In this document: piece by piece, positions 53,767-64,000 of the stretch
Numbering within the stretch: position 1 is the stretch's first letter
Layout: every line of letters begins with the position of its first letter
Origin: Cycas panzhihuaensis
Taxonomy: Eukaryota; Plantae; Cycadophyta
Direction of reading: 5' to 3'
Assembly (NCBI GenBank): GCA_023213395.1
Contig: CM041465.1
Span: forward strand, 73,973,741 to 74,037,740
Length of the DNA stretch: 64,000 bases
Program-made: the position numbers and the translations under genes
The notes under the pieces: generated by a model
Seen by the model: only the letters and a program-made list of their open reading frames with translations
Told to the model about the DNA's origin: nothing
Databases searched by the model: none

Positions 53767-55121
53767 TTGAAAGAGATGATAGTAGGACCATCATACTCTA
53801 TCTCATTCGTGAAAATCCCTTATGGGCGTGGAAGGATAAGAATAAGTCTCTACTCTATCCCACTCATGAAAACCCCTTGTGGGCATGAAAGGACAAGGGT
53901 TGTATCATTTTGGAAAATCAAAACCTATGAAAACCTGAAAGGGCATGGGGGATGACCAAATGGTATATGGAGACTCAGTAGATTTTAGCTACAAAATTCA
54001 TTGTATTGATTGGCTATCTGGCTTCATTTAAAGAGCCACCTGAGCTAGGTTAGTAGATTAGAAAACTTGTGGGTTTTCTTCCCCATGAGGGTTTCCCACA
54101 AAAGTGTCATAGTAGTTTGCTTTATAAGAGGCTCAAATGAAGACCTCATAGGATAGAATAAAATAGGATGAAATGACCTTCTACCATTAAGGGGGAGATT
54201 GAAAAGGGTTAATATCACAAGGTCATTGTATTAGTTGATTATTTCTAAAAAGGGTCTTAAGTGAACTTTAAGTTAGATCACTTAAGTGAAATACACTTTC
54301 ATGTGCATTATGTATAATTTCATTTCACCTAACTCTAATGCTCCCTCTCTCAATATACAAGTAAAAGCTCAATGGAGGAGATTCATTCTTACCTCCCTAT
54401 TTTGTGAGAGCTACTTTCTTTCTCTCAAGTCTCTCTTGCTCCCATGTTTGACTTTGTGTTTAGTGCATGGAGATGAAAGATAGATCTACTATTTTCAGAT
54501 ATAGCCTATGTAGTTAATTCAACTTCAAGATTCATGTCTAATCCCATATAAGAGCATTGGGATAAGTAAAATATAACCTAAGATATATCAAAGGAACATT
54601 GGATTATGGTTTATAGTTTACATCTTCAAATAAGTACAAGTTAACTATATATTCTGATGTAGATTAGGCCGATGATATTGAAGTTGAAATACCAATATCA
54701 GGATATATCTTTAATGTAGGTTTAGCTACAATTACTTGGCATATAAAGAATAAACCTATAATATCATTATATACAATAAAAATAGAGTATAAAGGAATTG
54801 AATTTATAGTAAGAGAAGTAGTTTAGCTTAAGAGAATCATAGAAGATGTTCATCAAGCTTAGAGTGGACCCACAATAATTCATTATAATAATCAAAGCAC
54901 CATTTCAATGACAATGAATCTAGTGTTAAATAGTAGAATAGAACACATTGAGATCAAGCATCAATATATTCAAGAACTAGTTGAAGAAGGTCAAGTTGAA
55001 TTACAATATTGTAGAACTAAAGACCAAATTACAAATATATTTACTAAAGCCTTATTGAAGCTCAAGCATTACTGATTTAGAAAAGAATTAGGAGTCTTCC
55101 CAAATATGCATTATAAGGGAG

Positions 55122-55437
55122 TGCTAAACTATCTTAATTCATGCTTTATAAGAAAAAGTTGCAATGCATATTTATACAAATTAATATTATTATGATATTG
55201 GTATTTTGTGGGGGGTCTCATACATAGTCAATTTTTGTATTATAAATACATTCTTAATGTATCATATTATCATAATATTATATCATGTTATCATAAAATT
55301 ATTTTGGTGTTAGTCTAAGGTACGTTAAGGGTACCATTGTGATCATGGTATTTGCTTATTTATTTTTATTTCTGCATTATTATTTTCTATCAATTTCATT
55401 TTTCTACATGGTATCATGGCAAATTTATATTTCTACA
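55122..55437 (+). repeat. H 3' LTR (ends at 55408 or 55437)
   Basis: Follows the PPT and begins with TG; two candidate TTCTACA ends; no partner LTR in the window. Confidence 0.6.
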
Positions 55438-55849
55438 ATCTTAAGTAGTAATTATAATGTCTCTAATAAAAGGTAGGTAAAATACATACCTCACCCTATC
55501 CTAATGGTTGATAATGTTAACTAATAATCTCTAATTAGAAATATACTGATGAGATCTAATGATCCTAAGTAAGCTACAACTTTGAAGGACACCATGAGTA
55601 GCCTCATATATACTTACCACCAGGCTCAACATAACTTGGCCTATGCACTCTTGATTGGCAATAGTCATCACCACCCCTTACAAAATAAGTAAATAACACA
55701 TGCCAATTCTTAGAAACCTTGAACTTAGCGTGGAATGATAAAAGTTAAGAAATTTTATTAAAAAAAAAAAATTACAACTTTATATTTTGTTACTATTATG
55801 AAACTTATAATGAAGCAAAATATATTGTTGTAATTTTTATAATAGTACA

Positions 55850-56040
55850 TCTTGCCCCATTGAGAATTTTACAATGGGTCATACTACACTGTCAAGAAAA
55901 TTACAAAATAGTATACTTGCCCTATTGTAATTTTTATGATGGGGCAAATCACCCTATTATAATTTTTAGAATAGGGTAAGTTGCCCCACTATGAAATTAT
56001 AATGGGATAAGACCCAATAGGGCTTGCCCCATTATGATCT
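55850..56040. repeat. Array of ~30 bp imperfect palindromes (tgccccattgtaattttacaatggggca-like)
   Basis: 4-5 units, e.g. ttgccctattgtaatttttatgatggggcaa and accctattataatttttagaatagggt. Confidence 0.75.
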
Positions 56041-57770
56041 GTACTCAAGCTAAAATGATTAAAAAGTAAAAGAAATTCTACAAATTAAGTAGAAAATTGA
56101 TTTGATAAAAGTGATTGGGGTGTCAAAATACCCTAGCCTACTCTCAGTTGAGGATCTAGTATGATCCTGCTTGGCTAAAACACCCTAAAATAAGATTAAA
56201 TCCTAAATTGAGAGTTTTAGATATAACTTCAAAATTTAAAAAAAGATAAGGGATTAGGCCTATTGGATCTACTTTCTCCTCAACCATATGCTCACTGTGG
56301 TCTCAATAAAATAGATGACTTATCAAATAGACTCCTAATTTACATATAATCTCCACTAGAATGATCAACGTGAAACAAGTTAATGTCACAAGGTCATTGC
56401 ATTAGTTGATTATTTCTAAAAAAGGGTCTTAAGTAGACTTTAAATTAGATCACTTAAGTGAAATGCACTTTCATATTCATTATGTATAATTTCATTTCAC
56501 CTAACTCTAATGCTCTCTCTCTCAATATAAAAGTAAAATCTCAATGGAGGAGGCTCATTCTTACCTCTCCATTTTGTGAGAGCTTCTCTCTTTCTCTCAA
56601 GTCTCTCTTACTCCTATGTTTGCCTTTATGTTTAGTGCATAGAGATGAATGATATATCCAATATTTTTATATGGTATTAAAGCTTACTTCTTTTATATTT
56701 CTTACTTGTACTTGAAATGTTGCCATCACTTCTTTCTCCCCCATAATCCATGTGGTGAAGGAGATTGTGAAAGTGGATTTAGAAATATTTTTAAGTTTTT
56801 ATCATAGCATATTTAGTATTGTTTACTTTTCCTTTCTCTTTTGTAGGTTTGGAAGCACAATATAAGGAGTTTTAAAGCCTAAGGATTCTAATCCTTTGGT
56901 ATCCATTTATGCTATCTCATTCTTCTTTTCTTTCCCCTCTTTTTATCTATTTAATAAGGGGAAATGCTGCTAAAAAATTTCCATCTTTTAGAAGAATGAT
57001 TTAAAGGGAGGTTCTACCCACTTTTTAAAAAATATTTGGAGCCATTTAAAATATCCATCATTGTATGTGCTCACCTTACCTATATTGGGATCCTAGTGAT
57101 AAAAAAATGCTGGAAATTTCATATGGTATTATGTGTTAATGTGATATTAGCAAGTTAAAAGTTTTATAGAAATAATTTTTTTTGCTAAATTTCACAAGTC
57201 TACAAAATCTTCTATAGAGCTCTAATTGACCTAATTCTAATTATTAAAGATCAGGCTCTAAGCCTAGTTTTCAAAATAAAAATTGGCACCTAATTTCTAT
57301 ACTGTATGAAAAAGTTATTACTGTTTTAGTGAACAGTAGTTATTTTTAGTAAAACATTTGGAAAAATATATACTTCTAATTTTGCAGGACTGCCAACAAT
57401 TTTTCAAAACTCATTTGGACCTGATTCCACTTCTTAAATATGAAGTTGTGAGTCTAGTTTATAGCACAAAAATTAGAACTCAATTTTGTTATCATGGAAG
57501 AAAGTTATTACTAATTTAGTGAAGACTATTTTTTTTTCTATATTACAAAAAAAAAAGTGAAGAAATTTTCTTCCTTCTTTTTATAAGGCTTAAAATCCCA
57601 TTGTAAAAGTGAGTAAAAAAAACACCTAAATTAGAGCAATATCTAGTGTCTTTACCCACTTATCAGTATTACATTTTAGCACTCTAAAATCACTTTAAGA
57701 AAGCACTCTAAAGACACTCCAAGCAAGCACTCCAAGCAAGCATTCTATTTTTTAGTTATATGTACATTTG

Positions 57771-58313
57771 ATGCAAATTTAATAATCATTTCATTCTTCC
57801 TAAAACGAATGCATCATGTATGTTATTTTTTTCCATCTTGTACCTATTCACATACTTGCCAAGGTTGAGATACCTTGATTAGAAAAATTCCATGCCATAA
57901 ATGAGGTGTGGGTTTCAAGTTGGGACTAAATTGAACAAGAATATTGGTGAGGTTTAGTTAGCCATACTATCGTGTCTCAATTAGGGATCATCTTAATAAC
58001 CAACCAGGAAAACTGAAACTTTAAATACAAGATTAAAATATACCTCATCCAATATTTGTCATAGCCATGGGTATGTACATACCACTCTTTATAGGAGGTA
58101 TATAGCTGCTCATTGGTGAACTGGATGAGAATTGGGAGTACCTGGGCTCTATTATAACTTGGATTTCATCATTAGGCATACTTGTGGGTATCACATGTGA
58201 AAGCCGACTTAATTTTACTAGAAGCCTAGGCATCTCTTCAACAACCTCAACTACATGTTAGACACAAGTTAGAGGTTATTGGGTTGATTATGCATCTTAC
58301 ATTTGAGTTTTAA
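57771..58313 (+). pseudogene. C2 candidate upstream ORF (181 codons)
   Basis: ATG 57771 to TAA 58311-58313 in one frame. Many stops correspond to TGG/CAA/GAG in C1 and vice versa. Confidence 0.55.
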
Positions 58314-58686
58314 GTTGTGTATACTCAATGATTCCAACTTCTACATTGGTCTACAATCTTGTATATTGATCACTTACTTATTTGTAAAAAATGATCCATA
58401 GTGTAATTACAATCATAGTGTTTCTCATATTCCTGCTGTGTTAGGTTAATATTTTCTACAAGTGTTAGTGGCCAATTTTCATCATAATGCTTCTTATATT
58501 CCTATTGTGTCATATTAATATTTGTCACAAGTGTTGACGACTTTTCTCTAAGTTTTTCCCTTTATCTTTAAGTAACCATTCTCACTTTTTCTTCCTTCTA
58601 CTACACTACTTATAAATAGTGATTAGTCATTTATTTCCATCACTTTTATAGCCTCTTATTCATTTCTTCCCTTCTCAAAAGACACC

Positions 58687-61600
58687 ATATCTTCATAGTT
58701 CAAGTAAAATATGAACTGCATTCTTAAAGGAAAAGAAAATTGGGACATGTAGTCCACTGGTGATAGAAATACTACAAAGTATGAAGGTCTTTAGAGAGAT
58801 CATTTGTAACTTACACCATTTGTTGTAGCTACAACTATCTCAGCTACTTCTAGAGGAGGTGCTCTAACTGCTCCCACTAAAGCTGCAACTAAGCACCAAT
58901 GGGAACTTGATGATGATAAAATTTGTATAGGGATACTTCTTATCACAGATTATTCCCTACATAATCTCATTAATGAAGCTATACATAATACAATATGGAA
59001 AGTTCTTGAAGTTCTTAAGAAGAACTTTGACACTAAATTAGACTTAGAATTTATTCACTTAGTGTTGAAGATAAACAAATTAAAAATACAGAATGGACAT
59101 GCAAGTGAGACAACCAATCTCCTTCATCTAATTAAGCAAACCATTGATAAAGATTTCAAAACTCAATGCATTACATGGACTTTCTTGATTTAACCATGTC
59201 TCCATATCCCAGATTATAAAAATCTACTAGGAAGTCTTCAATTCAGTGGTACTTTGAAGACCCTAAATTTTGAGGCTCTTACTAATAAGTTCATTAAATT
59301 TGATAAGACCTTTGATACCAACTTTATCACTATATCTGATCCAACTGATGCTACTTTTGAAGTGGAAGAAGATCTTTTCTGTACCAAAAATCAAGGTCAA
59401 TACTCTCACAGAGGTGGTAATTCTTGTGGAAGAGATAGAGGTAGATAACAAGGATAACATCCTCTTGGTCAATAGGCTCCTCAATTCTAACAAAAATAGT
59501 CTCAAGGCCAAGGCCAAAATAATCAACCTAGACCCAGATCTAATAATAAGAGATAATCTAACGACCCCAATACTTCTTATGGGACTAGAAATCAAATAAT
59601 TATGTGTCAAAGGGGTAATAAAAAAGGACATTATACTAAAAATTATAGAACTACCACTAATAAACTACCAAGGTATCAATAGTATCATGGTAAACATAAT
59701 GTTGATAATACTTCTTTTGAAGATGCTTTTGGTGGAACACAATTTGCTTATGCACACCTTCAAAGAATTGGAACCACTTCATCAAATATTAATGATAGAT
59801 CCATTAAGTGTATTAAGGCTCATTGTGGCTATGCTTATTCACTTTTGCCTTTACCACTTGGAGTTGTAAATAGTACCACCTTAAATACTTCATCTTGGGT
59901 CATAGATATTGGAGCAACATAACATATGACTTGTCATCACTAGTTCTTTCAGGATTTTGACTCTAAAGTTCATGGTGTTGTATATATGGCTAACAAATCA
60001 TCTTAGCCATTTGAAGGACTTGGAATTGTTTGCTTGAAACTCCCAGGCCTTCTAGATTTTACCCTTGTTGATGTTTTATATATTCCTGCTCTAAAGTAGA
60101 ACCTGCACTCTCTGTCTACCCTTGTCTCTTGTGGTTTTGATCTGAGTGTAACTGTAAATAATTAAACTCTTTATGTCATTTACCTTCCTTTAAATGTTGT
60201 GGTTATGATTAAAATTCTTGATGGTAAGCTTTTTTACCTAACTGGTTCACCATCCTCTAAAGTCAGCTATTATTGATGGTGACTCTACTTTTACAACCTT
60301 GACTCCTCAACATTTATCCTAAGTAGCCCTATGACATGCTTGTGTGGGCCATATCAAAATTGATTGTTTAAGAGAACTACATGTCACTCTTCTTGGTATA
60401 CCTAGGCTCTTCTCTAAGCCCTTCAAATATGAAGCATGTATCATTGCCAAATCTCAAAGATAACTCTTTCTTCATAGTTAGTGGAAATCTAGCCAACCTT
60501 TGTAGCTTGTACACTTAGATATATATAGTCCTATGCATATCCCTTCTCTCAAACAGAAGTGGTACTATATTACTTTCATTGATAATTTACCAAGAAAGTA
60601 TGGGTTGCTTTTCTTATAAAGAAAGATGAGGCTTTTTCTATGTTTCAAGCTTTTAAGGCCCATGTAGAAAAATAATATGGATTTAAGATTAAAATATTTA
60701 GGACTGATAATGGTGGTGAGTACATGTCCTATGAGTTTGAATCGTACCTACATTAGCATGGAATCAAATATTAGACCACTATTATAGATACACCCCAATA
60801 AAATAGAGTTTCTGAGCGTATGAATAGGACCATTATGAACATGGTTCATGCTCTACTAGTATATAAGAACATCCCTGTCTATCTTTGGGCTGAGGTTATC
60901 TAAACTGTTGTGCATTACATCAATACTATTAGTCCCTCCAAGCTTGGCCCCTCTCCACATGAAATGTGGTATGGACAAACCCCCTCTATCTCCCACTTTA
61001 GAAATTTTAACTCTACTTGTTATGCTCACATTCTAGAGGAACATAGAAATAAGCTCTAAGATAGAGCCCTCAAAGGCATCTTTGTTAAATACCCTATGGA
61101 CAAAAAGGGGTACAAGGTTTTCATACCTTCACAATATAAAATTATCATCACTAGAGATGTTATCTTTATAGAGATTGTAGATTAATTACTTAGATTTGAC
61201 TCCAAGATACCTTTGTACCAATTTAATAATACTACTGAATTTGATGTCCATATTCCAAAATTTAGGGGGGAAGATACTCAACAGTTGCTTAAAATCTTGG
61301 AATATGATAATAGAACCCCTAAGGATACAAGCTATGACTCCCAACCAATGTGTACATATCCAACACCATAATTTACAAATAGCCAAGTTAACAAAGGAAA
61401 AGTCATAGCAGAAGGACCATCTTCTCTAATATTTGTGGCTGGCCCATCTTCTCCAGCATCGTCAACTTCCTTCGTGCCAAACATTTCACATTATCTTTTT
61501 TAGGATCAAAATGAAAACCAAGAGGTTGTGGAAATAAAAACCTCATTCCCAACTTAAGGTTTTTGTGAAACCTACCAGCTACACAAGGATATATGACCAG

Positions 61601-63249
61601 ATGAGGTAGGCAAAACTATCACTAGAAGTGCCCATAGAGCAAGGATGCATGAATCACTTTCTATTGAGCTTAAACTAGTAGAACTACACCTTACTCTTAA
61701 TGAAGAGTCCCTAATGTATCGAGAAGCTGTAAAGCATATAGCTTGGAGAAATGCCATGAATTAAGAGTACCAATCTCTTATCAAGAATGGTACATAGGAG
61801 ATTATTAATCTACCACTGAGAAGAAAGGTGGTTCAAAATAAATGGGTGTTAAAAAATAAGTATATATCAGACGGCACCCTAGAAAAACATAAGGTGAGGT
61901 TGGTAGCAAAATGATTCATGTAAAGGAAAGGCATCAACTACATTAAAATCTTTGCTCCTATAACCAAGTGGCCTACAATAAGAACTCTTATAGCCTTGGC
62001 TGCTCAATAGGGTTGGTAAATCCACCAACTCGATGTTAAGACTGCATTTCTCAATGGAGACCTTAAAGAATAAATTTATATGGCTTAGCTAGAAATATAC
62101 GAGATTGTAGATCAGGAGAATAAGGTTTGCAGGCTCAGAAATTCCTTGTACAACCTAAAATAAGCCTCTTGTGCTTGGTTTACTAAGTTATCTAAAAGAA
62201 TGAGGTAACTTGGATATGAGGTTTATGACTATTAAAGTATTAATGTAACATTATTCATTAAGCACAAAAATGATAAAGTCACTTACCTCTTAATCTTTAT
62301 GGATGATATACTAATAACGAGGAATAATGAACAGGTAATCAGCCAGTTGAAGAAGCCCCTTTCTAAAACATTTGAATTATTTGACCTTGGTTTGATGAAA
62401 TATTACTTAAAAATTAAAGTAACTTAAAAGAATGGAAAAAGATTTCTCTCCCAAGAAAAATATGTCAATGATCTTCTGATAAAGTTTAAGTTGGAAGATT
62501 CTTAACTAGTGGATATACCTATAGAACCTAATGTTAAACTCTTAGCTGATGGTGACACTAGGGAGGTAGATGCAACACTCTACAGGTAACTTATAGGTAG
62601 TCTCATCTATACTACTAACACAAGGCCAGATATTACACACTCTATTAGCATTCCTATAAGATTCATGATAAATCTTAAGTAGAATAACTACTAACCTATA
62701 ATATGAGTGTTGAGGTACTTGAAGATGACCAACAAATATGGTCTATTGTATGAACCCAATGCAAAATTTAAACTTTATGTATACATAAACTCAAACTTTG
62801 TCAAAGATAAAGACACAGGAAGATCTACGTCTAGGTATGTAACATTTCTTAGAACAACACCAATATCATAGAGATCCAAATGGTAGAAGATAGTTGTAGA
62901 CTTAACTGTCAAGGCTAAATATATTGCTACTTTTGAGACAAGTAAGGAGGTGATATGTCTTAGAAAATTATTGAATATATTAAATACCACTCAAATAAGT
63001 TCTACTAACTTACACGTAGATAATCAATCTATAATCCAAATGGCTAAAAATCCTATATGTCATAATTGTACCAAATATATAAGTATAAAATTCTATAGGA
63101 TTAGAGAACTAATTTATGATGGCACAATTCAACTAGAGTACTACCCTACAACAAATCAAGTGGCTGATGTCTTTACCAAACCATTAAAGAGGGTGAAGTT
63201 TGAATAGTTTCGAAGGCAACTCAACCTTAGGGCCTCCATCTCTGATTGA
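58687..63249 (+). pseudogene. gag-pol: C2 gag-pol remnant
   Basis: Colinear with C1 gag-pol; more stops. Confidence 0.95.
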
Positions 63250-64000
63250 TTGAAAGAGATGATAATAAGACCATCATACTTTGTCTCATTTGTGAAAACC
63301 CCTTATGGGTGCAGAAGGACAAGAGTAAGTCTCTACTCTATCCCACTCATGAAAAACCCTTGTGTGTGCGAAAGGATAAGGGTTGCATCATTTTGGAAAA
63401 TTAGAACCTATAAAAACTCTAAAGGGCATGGGGGATAACCAAATGGTATATGGAGACTCAATAGATTTCAGTTATAAAATTCATTGTACTCATTGGCTAT
63501 CTGGCTTCATTTAAAGAGCTGCTTGAGCTAGGTTAGTAGATTAGAAAATCTATGGGTTTTTTTCCCCATGAGAGTTTCCCACAAAACTATCATAATAATT
63601 TGCTTTATAAGAGGCTCAAATGAAGACCTCATATGATAGAATAAAATAGGATGAAATGACCTTCTACCATTAAGGGAGAGATTGAAACAGGTTAATATCA
63701 CAAGGTCATTATATTAGTTAATTATTTCTAAAAAAGGGTCTTAAGTGAACTTTAAATTAGATCACTTAAGTGAAATGCACTTTCATGTGCATTATATATA
63801 ATTTCATTTCACCTAATTTTAATGCTCTCTCTCTTAATATAAAAGTAAAAGCTTAATGGAGGAGGCTCATTCTTACCTCCTTATTTTGTGAGAGCTTCTC
63901 TCTTTTTCTCAAGTCTCTCTTACTCCCATGTCTACCTTTGTGTTTAGTGCATAGAGATGAAGGATAGATCCACTCTTTTCACAAGGGTCTAAAAATTAAC

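Larger units (their letters stand above)
46923..54497 (+). mobile_element. C1: full-length Ty1/copia element inserted in H reverse transcriptase
   Basis: ~298 bp LTRs 46923-47220 and 54200-54497; perfect TSD GATAT; PBS TGGTACCATAGC 47223-47234; PPT AAGGGGGAGA 54189-54198. Confidence 0.96.
28827..55437 (+). mobile_element. H: 5'-truncated Ty1/copia element hosting C3 and C1
   Basis: gag 28827-29235 (KQAWDILNTTYEG); gag/PR/INT/RT 44174-46922; RT end and RNase H 54498-55110 (HIEIKHQYIQELV); PPT AAGGGAG 55115-55121; 3' LTR from 55122. Coding motifs rejoin across both insertions. Confidence 0.88.
56371..63981 (+). mobile_element. C2: second full-length copy of the C1 copia family
   Basis: LTRs 56371-56669 and 63683-63981; TSD CAACG/CAAGG; decayed PBS TGGTATTAAAGC 56672-56683; PPT AAGGGAGAGA 63672-63681; colinear with C1. 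Confidence 0.95.

Noticed and set aside
55850-56040. CRISPR-like palindromic repeats
   Set aside because: Units are degenerate with no regular unique spacers, the context is eukaryotic retroelement, and there are no cas genes.

Overview
AT-rich, CpG-depleted plant heterochromatin-type DNA made almost entirely of old, nested LTR retrotransposons. I found no host gene, RNA gene or CRISPR array. Organism is unknown; the style is seed-plant-like and possibly gymnosperm (weak inference). Layout: (1) T1, a large minus-strand non-chromovirus Ty3/gypsy (Tat/Ogre-like) element, 1-25463, with LTRs of at least 2.5 kb. It sits inside the integrase of a related plus-strand element T2 (25464-~28826) and contains a Tnt1/Tork-like copia C5 (14805-20714), which carries a solo LTR (18643-19255). 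(2) H, a 5'-truncated plus-strand copia (~28827-55437), contains copia C3 (29236-44173, itself holding copia C4, 34554-42665) and copia C1 (46923-54497). (3) C2 (56371-63981), a second copy of the C1 family. All gag-pol frames are broken, mostly by C>T/G>A stops. Reading through those stops by hand reveals accessory genes: a spliced antisense Plant-Mobile-Domain-like gene with the same phase-1 intron in both gypsy elements, three more sense ORFs and a 5' ORF in T1, and upstream ORFs in two copia families. The C3 copia upstream ORF appears to share an unannotated ~80-aa domain with a gypsy T1 accessory ORF. All alignments were done by eye and need computational confirmation.
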